Shown: positions 27,199 through 37,909 of the stretch, piece after piece
Layout of the letters: each line of letters starts with the position of its first letter
Numbering within the stretch: the stretch's first letter is position 1
Source of the DNA: a virus
Strand: one strand, 5' to 3'
Virus record (IMG/VR): IMGVR_UViG_3300030110_002054
Location: 12,802-76,801 of that record
Length of the DNA stretch: 64,000 nucleotides
Program-made: the position numbers and the translations under genes
Notes under the pieces: model-generated
The model's database searches: none
Told to the model about the DNA's origin: nothing
Seen by the model: only the letters and a program-made list of their open reading frames with translations

Positions 27199-27307
27199 AT
27201 GGTAAATGGGGCTTATTCTGGTTATAGGCTAATGATGGGCAAAAATTTTTCGCTAGTCCCAAACAAATCGCGGCCCATTTTTTGAAAAATAAAAGGTGTG
27301 ACATTTA

Positions 27308-27451
27308 ATGACAGTAAAAAGACCCGATTGGCAAGAACAACTAAAGATGGGAGGCGCAGTTACAACAGCAACGGGGGGAACTGCGGCCCTGTTTAACAAT
27401 AAAGCGATAAGGGGGAGGAAACGTGCCAAAAAGAAAGAAAGAAAATATTGA
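27308..27451 (+). CDS. Small basic leader-tagged peptide (MTVKRPDWQEQLKMGG...RGRKRAKKKERKY)
   Basis: 47-aa ORF found manually, after an AAGGTG SD. Carries the WxxxLK motif and a strongly basic tail. Confidence 0.6.
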   Translation: MTVKRPDWQEQLKMGGAVTTATGGTAALFNNKAIRGRKRAKKKERKY

Positions 27452-28586
27452 CAAGGATGAAGATGATGTCGATATAGAGGCAGGTGGCCAAACTTTCTCC
27501 GGTGCGCTAGATACTAAGTCCATGCGCGAGATGTTTAATGCGTGGGAGAAGGAAGCAAGCGGATTAGAGGGAGAATCCATTGGTTCCGTAACTGGACTTA
27601 ATCTCCTTCAGGCAATTAAGAGTCAAGGAATGACTGGAAGGCTAAGAGGTGCTGGCCCGAACCTGCCAAACAAAGGTGGGGTTGAGATTTTCAAGGAACT
27701 AGTAAAGATATTCAATGCCAAGGAGTTCTCACCTGAGCAATTTGATTTCTTGAGAGAATTAGATTCCATGATGAATACCTATTCGGCAGATGACCATCCC
27801 TTGAACCCAGCAAACATCAGATTCGACAACCCGATTGACATAGATGAGAAGGGAAGGACGCTAAAACCCAAAGAGGTGTATGGCCATTATCGAACAGATG
27901 AGTATGAGAGCGCACAGAAACTCAAAGGGAAGGATAGACCCGCAGTTCCAGATAGTTGGTATAGCGATGGACGAGGTGCAGAACCTCCGATGTGGCAAGC
28001 ATTGTATGGAGATGGCAATGGAGATGTCTTTGATGGCATCAGTTTGCACCAAGTTGTAAAGAAGGCAATTGAAAACTTCGATAAGATAGAATTGGAGATA
28101 ACACAAGACGACCCATTGGACTTGACTACTAGGAAACTAGGAACTCCACAGGTTGCTAAGATTCTTCTCACCATTCCTAGCATAAAGGCAATAGTCAATA
28201 CCTTCATTCAAAGGCTGAAGCAAAATCCAACGAAGACATTTCCCGCTAAGTCTTGTAAATCTGCAATGGAGGCCAACCCAATCAAACTAGGAGCAAGGGG
28301 AAGTCAAGGGGTTAAGACCATCTTGGGCATTAGGGGAATGAAACAAGACATCAAGGAGATGTATGTGAAAATCAGTTGGAGGCAATGCAACAACATGGCC
28401 AAGATACTACTCGGTGACAATTCTCATTGGACAAGTGCTGGCAAGAACTCACTTCGCCTCGGTAAGAAGCCAACAGAGAAAAAGACGACTCCAAAACCCA
28501 AAGCGTCAGCAAAGCCAAAGAATGACGATACCGAGAAAAAATCACTAGATGCCGTTACTGATTGGAGGATGATTGTGAAATGTTGA
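27423..28586 (+). CDS. Hypothetical late protein
   Basis: 387 aa. The C-terminus DWRMIVKC resembles the leader motif. Confidence 0.75.
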   Translation: MPKRKKENIDKDEDDVDIEAGGQTFSGALDTKSMREMFNAWEKEASGLEGESIGSVTGLNLLQAIKSQGMTGRLRGAGPNLPNKGGVEIFKELVKIFNAKEFSPEQFDFLRELDSMMNTYSADDHPLNPANIRFDNPIDIDEKGRTLKPKEVYGHYRTDEYESAQKLKGKDRPAVPDSWYSDGRGAEPPMWQALYGDGNGDVFDGISLHQVVKKAIENFDKIELEITQDDPLDLTTRKLGTPQVAKILLTIPSIKAIVNTFIQRLKQNPTKTFPAKSCKSAMEANPIKLGARGSQGVKTILGIRGMKQDIKEMYVKISWRQCNNMAKILLGDNSHWTSAGKNSLRLGKKPTEKKTTPKPKASAKPKNDDTEKKSLDAVTDWRMIVKC

Positions 28587-28661
28587 AGTGTTGTGACATG
28601 AAGATATCCATAATGAACTACTCTGTCAGTTTTTGTCCATACTGCTTTGGGGGTGAAAAAG

Positions 28662-29618
28662 ATGAGTGATGTTCTTTGGGAGGATATGATAAAACAACCT
28701 CCACCACCACCGCCACCTGCTCCTCCAATGCCCCCACCACCAATGGGAGGAATGCCCCCTCCACCGGGAATGGGAATGAACACTCCCGACCCTCCCGGTA
28801 AAATCGTTCAAGACGCACCGGGAACCCAACAAGAGACTGTTGCGGTTGACCCCGATAAGGAGGAAGAAGATGATGAGCAAGTTGAGAAGGGTGCAATTCA
28901 AGATTGGCAAAGCCAATTGCAAGGAGGAGGAACCTACGCTCAAACTCCGACTGGCATCTATATGCCAAGTTATACAAATCCGCAAAATCCACAACAGGCA
29001 CAACAGGCACAACAGGGACAACAAGAAGAAGTACCTGACTCATCAGTTCAACCATCTACCTCAACATACCAACAAAATCTAAATTGGAATGCGCGGGGTG
29101 CTACAGGAGAAAATGCACCAAACCTATCTGATATGAATGATAAGAACATAGAAGAATACTGGGATGCTATGATAGCACAAGGTAACATAAAGCAAATTGA
29201 GAAACCCACAAGGGGTTCCTTGGCTTGGGTTAACCCATTGGTGTTTGATGATGCAGAAGGAAAACAAGTCGATAATAGACGACTTGCTCAACCTGAAACC
29301 AAAGAAAGTAAACCCCAAGGAAATCAGGCTCAAGGAAATCAGAAATCTAACTGGTTCAGCAATGTAGTCAGCGCACCATCTAAGGCAATCAATAGAGCGG
29401 CAGACGCGGTATTCGGGACGGATGAAGAAATCCAAAATGAAACTTGGATGGAAACAATGACCCAAGGTCGGCCTGAAAGAAAAGCCAAAAAAAATAGGGC
29501 AAGAGAATTAGTGGCGAATAAAAGGCGCACAGGAAAAAATACTCAATCAACTGCCACTAGAAATGAGCGGGGAGAAAGACTGGTTGATTCAGAAGATTCC
29601 ACTTGGAGAGATGAATGA
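28662..29618 (+). CDS. Pro/Gln-rich low-complexity leader-tagged protein
   Basis: MSDVLWEDMIK followed by poly-Pro. GGGGTGA SD. Confidence 0.7.
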   Translation: MSDVLWEDMIKQPPPPPPPAPPMPPPPMGGMPPPPGMGMNTPDPPGKIVQDAPGTQQETVAVDPDKEEEDDEQVEKGAIQDWQSQLQGGGTYAQTPTGIYMPSYTNPQNPQQAQQAQQGQQEEVPDSSVQPSTSTYQQNLNWNARGATGENAPNLSDMNDKNIEEYWDAMIAQGNIKQIEKPTRGSLAWVNPLVFDDAEGKQVDNRRLAQPETKESKPQGNQAQGNQKSNWFSNVVSAPSKAINRAADAVFGTDEEIQNETWMETMTQGRPERKAKKNRARELVANKRRTGKNTQSTATRNERGERLVDSEDSTWRDE

Positions 29619-30277
29619 TGATTATCAGAAAGAGATGTGCATTTTGCAATCACCCTGATAGAGAAGATATGGAGGGTGATTTGGAAGGACTCAAAATGAC
29701 TGCTGACCAACTCGACAAGAAGATGGATTGGATGAGTGGAACTGCATCTAAGCATCAGCGAAATCACATGGGTCACTATGAAGACTCATCTAATCCACGT
29801 TGCAACATATGCACATCTGAGATGCGTGGGGATATTGAGATGAATATATACAACGGAGATATGACTCCTGAGATGGCGGCGAAGATGGAGAACTGTTCTG
29901 TCGAGCAGGTTGTTCGTCATATGCGAAACCACGTTCAACCACTAGTGCAGAAGTCTGCCGCGCAGATGATAGCCGCTAGGGAATTGGATGAGGTCGAGAC
30001 TCTAACTAGGAACATCAGGAGGCTTGAGGGAAAGATAGACGAGTTGTTCGACATGGAGGAAGTTGGCAATCCCAAGTATATCGACTCGCTAACTAAGATG
30101 GCCAAGGAGATTAGGGAGAGTCTGAAGTATGTCATGGAGTTCAAGGGCAAGTTAGTCCACAAGAGACAGGATACGATTATAGTTCATCAGATGCAAATCG
30201 TCAAGGAGGTTCTAGCACAGAATCATCCTGATGTATGGTTGGATGTTAGGAAGAAGATGGAGGAAAAGATGCAATGA
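29615..30277 (+). CDS. Probable terminase small subunit
   Basis: Two CxxC...H..NH units (CAFCNHPDRE; CNIC...RHMRNH) with HTH-like segments and a C-terminal coiled coil, as in archaeal tailed-virus TerS. Confidence 0.55.
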   Translation: MMIIRKRCAFCNHPDREDMEGDLEGLKMTADQLDKKMDWMSGTASKHQRNHMGHYEDSSNPRCNICTSEMRGDIEMNIYNGDMTPEMAAKMENCSVEQVVRHMRNHVQPLVQKSAAQMIAARELDEVETLTRNIRRLEGKIDELFDMEEVGNPKYIDSLTKMAKEIRESLKYVMEFKGKLVHKRQDTIIVHQMQIVKEVLAQNHPDVWLDVRKKMEEKMQ

Positions 30278-30546
30278 GTTGGGAAAGTGTATTGAAAGCC
30301 GAGAAAGTTTTCATTTTATCTGAGGAAATGAGCATGGGTTACAATGAAGTAATTGCCGTTTTCAAAAGTAAAGAAGCACTCAACAAATATCTCTTGGAAA
30401 AACATTCTGGACATATAAAAGAGGGATTTGAGAATGAGCAGGGAGAAATACAATTCAGGAGTGATAAGGAGGCGCGGACTCTAGCACTACAGGACATAAT
30501 GAGGACATATGATTACATTATCAATGAGGCGGAGATGAAAGAATGA
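30274..30546 (+). CDS. Leader-tagged protein (MSWESVLKA)
   Basis: ORF with the shared N-terminal motif. Confidence 0.75.
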   Translation: MSWESVLKAEKVFILSEEMSMGYNEVIAVFKSKEALNKYLLEKHSGHIKEGFENEQGEIQFRSDKEARTLALQDIMRTYDYIINEAEMKE

Positions 30547-30755
30547 GTTGGAAAGAGATATTGAAAGGAAAAGGAGAAAGACACTTCTTTGAAGATGGGA
30601 AACAATGGACAGGTGAAACTCACAAGCATCCTGATGGTACTCTAATGTCAGGCAAGGAACATGAAGAAGGAGTCAGTAAGAAATTGTTTCATCTATACGA
30701 ATTAAGCGAAAAAGTGCTTCGCCATCTAAGTAAAGAGACAACGGAGATTAAGTAA
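30543..30755 (+). CDS. Leader-tagged His-rich protein (MSWKEILKG)
   Basis: Shared motif followed by a HFFEDG...THKHPDGTLMSGKEH...KKLFH body. Confidence 0.75.
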   Translation: MSWKEILKGKGERHFFEDGKQWTGETHKHPDGTLMSGKEHEEGVSKKLFHLYELSEKVLRHLSKETTEIK

Positions 30756-30756
30756 G

Positions 30757-31152
30757 ATGGATTGGCAAGAAGTTCTGAAGGTTCGGTATGCTGAAATTAA
30801 AGACTGGACGGAACGTGAGGAAGGTAGGGATAATTGTTGCGAGGTGGCCAAGAAGATGTATTGTGAATACGAACCTAAATTCATGAATCGAGATGGACTT
30901 GCACCTCTTTCTGAAGTCAAGGCAATGGACTGTGAACAGTTTCACAGTTATCTAGTAGACCTACTTCAAGAATCAAATAGAGATAAGGCTTGGTTCCATA
31001 TTGTTCTAAGCATCAGGAACTACAAGAAGCGATGCGACCAAAACAGACAATTCTTCACACCGGAAGGAGGAAGGCCAATGCGCTCAGATGATTTCGGCAG
31101 ACGCGACCCATATGAAGAAGGACAAAGAAGATTCAGGAGGAAGTATAGATGA
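30757..31152 (+). CDS. Leader-tagged protein (MDWQEVLKV)
   Basis: Shared motif followed by a Cys-containing body. Confidence 0.75.
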   Translation: MDWQEVLKVRYAEIKDWTEREEGRDNCCEVAKKMYCEYEPKFMNRDGLAPLSEVKAMDCEQFHSYLVDLLQESNRDKAWFHIVLSIRNYKKRCDQNRQFFTPEGGRPMRSDDFGRRDPYEEGQRRFRRKYR

Positions 31153-31466
31153 GTTGGAAAGATACACTAAAGGGGCTTATCAAGTGGACTCCCGGCAGAT
31201 ATAACAAGGAAGGACAACAACTGTGTGTGAATAATTGTATTCGACCAGCATCGGAGGATACCATCTTCGCAAGGATGCCGGGTAAATCTACTAAGCCATC
31301 TGATTTATGTCAATGGTGTTCAGATAGTTTGGGGAAGAGAGAAAAACCTCCTGTTGGGTATCAATTCTATGACAGGAATGGGAACCCAACGAGAAGTAGG
31401 GGCCAGCAGTCATTCATAGATAGAGCAACTAGAAACTTAAATGAAGAAAAGGAGAACAGAAGATGA
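31149..31466 (+). CDS. Leader-tagged zinc-finger protein (MSWKDTLKG)
   Basis: Shared motif plus CVNNC and CQWC. Confidence 0.7.
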   Translation: MSWKDTLKGLIKWTPGRYNKEGQQLCVNNCIRPASEDTIFARMPGKSTKPSDLCQWCSDSLGKREKPPVGYQFYDRNGNPTRSRGQQSFIDRATRNLNEEKENRR

Positions 31467-31792
31467 ATTGGGAAGAAATTGTAAAGGTAAAACAAGACTT
31501 GAAGGAACCGCTAGATTTGAAGGGTCTTTATGACGCAATAAAGGCATTAGATGCTGCGGGAGAAAGTTTGGAAATGCTACATGAAAAGAATGCTGAAAAC
31601 GTCAAAAGATTCCTTTCTGAAAGTCAGTATGAAAAATGGTGGGATAGGATGGAACAGGATAAAAGACAATTTATTTCTGACTTAGGTGAGATGAGAAAAC
31701 AAATTTACACTATGCTAAGAACCCTAAATGGGAAGACTAACATGGCTAGGAAACAAACTAGAGATGAACAAAGAACGGCGGCACAAGCATGA
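31463..31792 (+). CDS. Leader-tagged helical protein (MNWEEIVKV)
   Basis: Shared N-terminal motif. Confidence 0.75.
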   Translation: MNWEEIVKVKQDLKEPLDLKGLYDAIKALDAAGESLEMLHEKNAENVKRFLSESQYEKWWDRMEQDKRQFISDLGEMRKQIYTMLRTLNGKTNMARKQTRDEQRTAAQA

Positions 31793-32331
31793 ACTGGCAA
31801 GATATTTTGAAGATGCCATATATTGACTGGCGAGAATTGCAAGAACCATACGCTGATTCAGTAAGAGCAAGAGGAACTAGAGAAAATCCATTAGTATTCA
31901 TTGATGACCCTTCTCCATTGCCCGGTGAAGAATTCGACAATCAATATCTGAAATACTACGCAGGTAAAGGATATGGACAAAAAGACCACAAGACCTATGA
32001 TTATGATGAGAATGATGAGATGAGTTCTTTGGGGAGAGTGAAGCAGGATGGTAGGATAATCAAGCCGGAACTAACCAAGTATGGATTAGGAGTATTTCTA
32101 ACAGGAACGTTGACACACTACAAAGAGAATAGATACAAGTCAAAGTATGGTGGCAAAACCCAAACCTATGCAAAACCAAGGGGTTCAATGATACCTTGGA
32201 AGATATCTGTCAAGTATTGTTTAGATAACAACATCAACATTCCAGATAATGCCCCTATCTTCCTAAGTGGAAGTGAATCAGGAACTTACGGAGAATGGAA
32301 AAGTAAGCAACAAAAGGGGACTAAAGAGTAA
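31789..32331 (+). CDS. Leader-tagged protein (MNWQDILKM)
   Basis: Shared N-terminal motif. Confidence 0.75.
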   Translation: MNWQDILKMPYIDWRELQEPYADSVRARGTRENPLVFIDDPSPLPGEEFDNQYLKYYAGKGYGQKDHKTYDYDENDEMSSLGRVKQDGRIIKPELTKYGLGVFLTGTLTHYKENRYKSKYGGKTQTYAKPRGSMIPWKISVKYCLDNNINIPDNAPIFLSGSESGTYGEWKSKQQKGTKE

Positions 32332-34397
32332 TGTCATGGCAAACTTCACTTCTCAAGGCATCCTTTGATACTCAAAAAATCAAAGCCGGAAGTGTTAGTC
32401 ATAAGATAATCGTGGCTCTAGATGCCAGCAATCTAGATGGCATCATTAAGAAAATTAAATCTCAAGAAATGAATCTAGGTGGGGTAAGAAGTTCCCTCAA
32501 TAAAATTATCAGACTCTTCAATCAAGTGAATGAGCAATCTAAATCTATGAAAGGGCCACAATGGGAAAAGGCAAAAGAAAGATATGAGGATGTTACCTTT
32601 GCGGCACAAGCCATAGATGTCCCAATTGAATCACACCTGATGGAGAACGCTGAGAAACTCAAGGAGATGTTGGATGACCTTGCTCCGGCAAAAATGTCAG
32701 GTGGAAAAAGAAATCCGAATTACAAAGATAAGGTTCCCAAGAAAGTTCTGAATTTATACACTAAATTCTTGAATCAGGATTTTCAGCCTCTTGTGGATTA
32801 TCTGAACGAAGGTAGTCAAGATGCAAAGAAAGCCAAGATAAAGCAACTACGACTTTGGGAGAAGAACAACAACAAATTCGTGAAGGTCTTGAAATCACAG
32901 AAGGCTAACAAGGCTAAGTTGATGGGATACGATACACTCGATGTTGAACTCCTACTTCCTGATGATTTCAATTATAATATTCTTCCCAAGGCTTGGAAGC
33001 AAGAGGAACAAGCAAACGGTGTTTTGGTTACCCTGCCAAGTTGGATTACAATCCTACAGGGTAAGAAAATGTCAGGTGGACAGCCAAGTAAGCCAATTAC
33101 TAGGAATTTCTTCGCTAAGGTTTTCAATCAGCCTAAGTATTCTTCAACTAGAATTGCCGCCTCTACTAAAGTTGAAGTCGAAGGTATAACTGATGACATA
33201 GCATTAGGATACATGCAACATGTATTGACAAAGGTATCAGGTGCAGATAGGCAACCCTTCATGCCTAATCTTGGGAAGGCGGGAGACATGTCAACTGGTT
33301 CTGCCAAGAAAGTAAACACAATGCTATTCGGAATTGGAAGCGGGCATCAAATGGGAACCGCGAAGACTCTTCCTTTACTTGAGTATCTATTCAGAAAGAA
33401 AAAGATAGACATTGATTCAGGATTCGCTACAGACACTACCAAAGAGGCTCTGACCAAAGATGCAGTTTATCGTAAGATGAATCGTGGTGGAGTTGATGAG
33501 AAGTATAAGGAAATAGTTGAGTTGTTTGAGAATCGAACCAAGAATAAGGGGGACACATCAGGCTTCGCTAAGTTTGAGTTAGATGTGAGAGCCGCAGGTA
33601 AAGAAATGGTGGAATTGTATGAGGAGTTGAAGAAGGATACTCCTCTCATCCCAAGTGGATTATCTGTTGATATGAGAGATTTCTTGCTAAAGCCGGGAGT
33701 AAGGGGATGGAAATCCAAGCCTGACCTAAAGGCAGAATATGCAGCAATACATCAAATTCTTCCAAATGGACAAGCAATAAAACAAATGAGATTTGGCGAA
33801 ACTGTTTATGGAGATAGGAAACAGGCTGATGAGACAAAGAGAGTTGAGCAAATTCATACTGCATTAAATCGCATGAGGCCATCAAAACAAGATAGTCAAA
33901 TTTTAGTTCCTAGTAGTGAAGCAGATGTTGACCTCCTAAAGTTCCTTTTCACTAGTGTTGACTACAATCCTATTGCAACATTGAAAGAAGCCTTTGCTGA
34001 AAAGATAAAAACAGACGATGATTATGTTCGGTTTGCCATCAAAGACCAACTACAATTATCATTCGTTTATTTGATAGGGGCTTTGAAACATTTAGAATCA
34101 ACTTTGTTGGGTTCCAATACTATCCATAAGGCGTTGTTAAAAACTGTCAAGGTCAAGCGAGTTTTCGATAAGAAGTCTAAACAGTTTGTAGAGGGTAAAC
34201 CACCAACCGCAGAAGAAATGGAAAAGTTGGAAACTCAATTAGAAACAGAAATCAATACGGTTTATCCACAGATAAGAGACAAATTGATTGAAGCAACGAA
34301 AGAAAAAATTAGCGAAGTTTTGAACGAGCCAATAGTTATTGACAAGGATGGTGTCGCACAACCATTGGATTGGCTCAAAGAAAGACCGGGAATGTGA
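32331..34397 (+). CDS. Large Lys-rich leader-tagged protein (MSWQTSLLKA), putative internal virion protein
   Basis: 688 aa with a variant of the motif. No recognisable domain. Confidence 0.75.
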   Translation: MSWQTSLLKASFDTQKIKAGSVSHKIIVALDASNLDGIIKKIKSQEMNLGGVRSSLNKIIRLFNQVNEQSKSMKGPQWEKAKERYEDVTFAAQAIDVPIESHLMENAEKLKEMLDDLAPAKMSGGKRNPNYKDKVPKKVLNLYTKFLNQDFQPLVDYLNEGSQDAKKAKIKQLRLWEKNNNKFVKVLKSQKANKAKLMGYDTLDVELLLPDDFNYNILPKAWKQEEQANGVLVTLPSWITILQGKKMSGGQPSKPITRNFFAKVFNQPKYSSTRIAASTKVEVEGITDDIALGYMQHVLTKVSGADRQPFMPNLGKAGDMSTGSAKKVNTMLFGIGSGHQMGTAKTLPLLEYLFRKKKIDIDSGFATDTTKEALTKDAVYRKMNRGGVDEKYKEIVELFENRTKNKGDTSGFAKFELDVRAAGKEMVELYEELKKDTPLIPSGLSVDMRDFLLKPGVRGWKSKPDLKAEYAAIHQILPNGQAIKQMRFGETVYGDRKQADETKRVEQIHTALNRMRPSKQDSQILVPSSEADVDLLKFLFTSVDYNPIATLKEAFAEKIKTDDDYVRFAIKDQLQLSFVYLIGALKHLESTLLGSNTIHKALLKTVKVKRVFDKKSKQFVEGKPPTAEEMEKLETQLETEINTVYPQIRDKLIEATKEKISEVLNEPIVIDKDGVAQPLDWLKERPGM

Positions 34398-34401
34398 TGA
34401 T

Positions 34402-37395
34402 ATGGTCAGAGAAGATGTGGATATCGAAATAAATCGAGATGAGGTCTTACCTACTATCTTAACTGAGGGTCTAGATGAAATCGCAGAAATGGTATTTGAA
34501 TCTCTTCTACAACAATACGAAAGAGATAATCAAGGCGACCCAAATAATGAGGATAAAGCCGAGCAACAAACAGAAAATAGACTAAAGAACGTATTGAATA
34601 GTATTCCTGAAGATGCTCTTTATGAATTCCTAGTAGAAAACATGACAGTAGTTATGGAGAAGGGAGAAGGTGAGGAATCACTACGAGAAAAAGGTAAGGA
34701 ATCTGTCTTCTATAAACACCCGAATGGTAAGATTCTAGTTTTGCCACAATTCCTAGACATAACTGAGGAACAAGAAGCCGTCCAAAAGAAAATTGTTAAT
34801 CGAATTCAGAAAAAATATCGAAATTTAGCGAGTTTACCAAGAGGAGTGCTTGTTCAACAGATGAGATACATCTTCACGAACGCGGTTTCGACACATGTAT
34901 CAGGAAAAGGCAGAACCGTTAAGGAAACTAGAGAACATTTAGGCACAATAGGGCAAAAAGGCCAAAGAAGCAGAGTAGAATTAATGGATAAGTCTCTAAT
35001 GACCAATATTTTGAATAAATTTTGGCTTCCATCTAGTGGAAAGAATCTAACTTTCAAAAGTGTCTTCGATGATGATTGGAATCCAAAAGAAATTGACCTT
35101 AGTGGTGTCAATTTGAAGAAAAATATGACAGAAGACAAAATTCGACAACTAACAGGGCAAATTCAACGATATGATTTGCAAATACAAAACCATTTGGAGC
35201 CACTAGTCAATGTTTTGGAAGTAACACTACGAAATGATGGCGTTAAAGTTGAATTTGAGGCTGATGCGTTCATTGGTAGTTATGATTTGAAGAAACTGAA
35301 CAGAAGACAAGCCATTTACAGTTATTGGGGTGACATAAACGATGAATATGATGTTTTCAAAGATAAATTTGAATCATTTTACGATGCATTAGGTGATGTT
35401 GAGTTAGATGAAGAAGAATTTCAAGATAACAAGAAAATAAAGGCCATTGTCGAAATATTAGATAAGTTAGAGGACGATGACCAACTGAAGAAGAAAATAA
35501 TGAATGGTGATTTAAATTATATTGTTAAATTCAAGCCTCTAACACTACAAACTAACTTTTCAGAAGATAAAGGCTGGTTATTGTTTGAAAAGATGGCAAA
35601 GGAGATTGGAATCTTCGATGATTTTGATGCAAAGGAACTCGCAGACGAAATAAGTAACGTAGATGCTCGCCGTGAGAAACAAACCTCACTAAGTTTCGGT
35701 GGAAATGACTCATTACAATCTGATGAAGGAAAAACCAGCGATTACATGGCTGACACTATGGATACGGGCATTGATAGTAAAGGCGAAGAGAAAGTCCGAG
35801 GAGGAAGTCTTGAACATGAGATTAAGCAAGTATCTGAGATGGGAATTTTGCTTCAGGAACTAGTAAATGTCGAAGTTGACCCACTATACTATCATGCCTT
35901 CATGAAAGAAGGTGCAATCTTCAAGGACATGGTAGTTTTCGCAAATGAACTTGAAGAAATCAAATCTGCAATGCTTAGTGCCGGAGCCGCAAGAGAATTA
36001 GTTGACGGCGTGGAAGTCGATGATGATATCATAGACTATCTTGAAGAATTGACAAAATATGCTGCAATAGAAGGCAAAGGAGGATATTATTTGCCACTTC
36101 AACAAACCACTAACACATTTATCGCTGATTTGGATAAAGACTTCTCAATGGAGGACGTAATAGATGCAAAGGGCGATACTGTTAGAAATCTAGGAAGTGA
36201 GAACGAAATTAATACTAGGTTGAAAGATATTGGAAAGTTCCTCAGTCTCATTGCAGGAATTCTAGATGCTGGTAAGGATTTAACGCAATCAGCAAGTCCT
36301 TCTATTGCAGATACAGAAGATACCTCAGTAGGCCCAAAGAAAAACTCACCCAAGACAGATAAACCTGAATTGGGTCGAAGTCCTTTCACAAGTGCTACTT
36401 TCTTAGGAAGAGATAACAAGGAAAATCTTCTAGAAGAGTTAGAAGATGTTAAGGAAGAATTTGATGAACTATTGGAGGCAATAATTGATTTCTTCATCGT
36501 TCCCATGTTAGGCAGTAAAGTTCCTTTCGATGACCCCATCCCATTTGAATTCACAAACAGTAATGCACTCAGATACTTCAAGATATTAGGAGGTGGCAAG
36601 AAACCTGATAGCGCATTCTTCCGTGCTATGGTGATGGAAGGAAGAAGAGGCCCATTGTTCATCAAGAAGAATCAACTTGAGACTTTGGTGAAGGATTTGG
36701 AATATGTTACTTCTCCGGGGGAACAGAAAGACCTCCCCACTCTTTTGAATAAATTTAGAAGTCTAGGAGATACTGTAAATTACATTCTGAAACTAAAGAA
36801 GCGCAGTAGATTAGGTCAACAGGTATATGCAGAATTGGGTCATTCTCTAAGTGAGATACTTGATGATAACAATATGACTTGGCCTGAAGACCAAGTATTT
36901 CCAGCGAAGGCATCTTGGGGTAAGACCCCACAACAATGGGAAGAGGAATACAACAAGAATCCAAATTATGTTTGGCCATTGGGATATATCGTTAGTCACA
37001 TAAAGAGGAATAGAGAAGGCTACAGTCAAAACCCTAGAACACAAGCGAAGGGTAGAGATAGAAAGCAGACAGGGGCAAACACACTTATCCAAAGATTCTT
37101 CTCTGCAATTGATGATATGAAATTAACAAGAAGCCTTGCTGAATTGCAGATACTAGAAACACACGACAACATCAGGAAGATGCTTGGTAAACCAGTATTC
37201 TACAATACTGCCAAGGTAGACAATTATGAACATGTGATGACCGCAATTCGCAAACTTGACGAGAAATACAATGTGGAAGTATCTGCTTTTGAGATTGAAA
37301 GCATCGTCAATGAAATCGGTTCTATGGCTGAGATAGGAAAGAAGCATGGAATTCCAACGGAGGGTGTGTATTTCGTCAAGGCTAACTTCAGGTGA
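34402..37395 (+). CDS. Large acidic hypothetical protein, putative virion-associated
   Basis: ~997 aa from MVREDV. The C-terminus is HTH-like (SMAEIGKKHGIP). Confidence 0.75.
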   Translation: MVREDVDIEINRDEVLPTILTEGLDEIAEMVFESLLQQYERDNQGDPNNEDKAEQQTENRLKNVLNSIPEDALYEFLVENMTVVMEKGEGEESLREKGKESVFYKHPNGKILVLPQFLDITEEQEAVQKKIVNRIQKKYRNLASLPRGVLVQQMRYIFTNAVSTHVSGKGRTVKETREHLGTIGQKGQRSRVELMDKSLMTNILNKFWLPSSGKNLTFKSVFDDDWNPKEIDLSGVNLKKNMTEDKIRQLTGQIQRYDLQIQNHLEPLVNVLEVTLRNDGVKVEFEADAFIGSYDLKKLNRRQAIYSYWGDINDEYDVFKDKFESFYDALGDVELDEEEFQDNKKIKAIVEILDKLEDDDQLKKKIMNGDLNYIVKFKPLTLQTNFSEDKGWLLFEKMAKEIGIFDDFDAKELADEISNVDARREKQTSLSFGGNDSLQSDEGKTSDYMADTMDTGIDSKGEEKVRGGSLEHEIKQVSEMGILLQELVNVEVDPLYYHAFMKEGAIFKDMVVFANELEEIKSAMLSAGAARELVDGVEVDDDIIDYLEELTKYAAIEGKGGYYLPLQQTTNTFIADLDKDFSMEDVIDAKGDTVRNLGSENEINTRLKDIGKFLSLIAGILDAGKDLTQSASPSIADTEDTSVGPKKNSPKTDKPELGRSPFTSATFLGRDNKENLLEELEDVKEEFDELLEAIIDFFIVPMLGSKVPFDDPIPFEFTNSNALRYFKILGGGKKPDSAFFRAMVMEGRRGPLFIKKNQLETLVKDLEYVTSPGEQKDLPTLLNKFRSLGDTVNYILKLKKRSRLGQQVYAELGHSLSEILDDNNMTWPEDQVFPAKASWGKTPQQWEEEYNKNPNYVWPLGYIVSHIKRNREGYSQNPRTQAKGRDRKQTGANTLIQRFFSAIDDMKLTRSLAELQILETHDNIRKMLGKPVFYNTAKVDNYEHVMTAIRKLDEKYNVEVSAFEIESIVNEIGSMAEIGKKHGIPTEGVYFVKANFR

Positions 37396-37399
37396 TTAG

Positions 37400-37909
37400 A
37401 TGACGGAAGACTTCAAGACATTCACAAGTGAGGAAGAAGTAAAATTTCTTTGGGATAGAGATAATCCCGAAGACCCCTACACTAGAGATAAGAAGGACAT
37501 TCCCGATTTCTACAGGTTAGATAATTGGGTAGTCAGATACAAAGATGGTTATGTCGTTGGTGTTGCAGGTTGGAAAGACCACGGAGATTTTGCAGTCTTT
37601 GGTGGAATGAAAGCAATGGCAAAGAACCATCCTTCAGGAAGGGGTGGCGATAATGCAATAGCACTCCTAAACAAGAGAAAGGAACTTATTGGAAACAAAC
37701 CAAAGATTGCAGGTTTCAGACCGGAGAAGATGGATGCTGAAAGATGGACTAATTGGAATGTAGGCCAAGGATATGTTCGTGCGCCGGATTCTTTTGAGAA
37801 TGTTCCCGAAGAATGGCTTGAGATGTTTAGAGAAAGATATGGTGACCATTGGGGTGTAATGAAGTTCGCATCTTGGAGAAACACCATAACGATGGGAAGT
37901 TGGTTGTGA
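37400..37909 (+). CDS. Possible GNAT-fold protein
   Basis: WVVRYKDGYVVGVAGW...AVFGGM...GRGG...ALL resembles GNAT strands and motif A. Confidence 0.4.
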   Translation: MTEDFKTFTSEEEVKFLWDRDNPEDPYTRDKKDIPDFYRLDNWVVRYKDGYVVGVAGWKDHGDFAVFGGMKAMAKNHPSGRGGDNAIALLNKRKELIGNKPKIAGFRPEKMDAERWTNWNVGQGYVRAPDSFENVPEEWLEMFRERYGDHWGVMKFASWRNTITMGSWL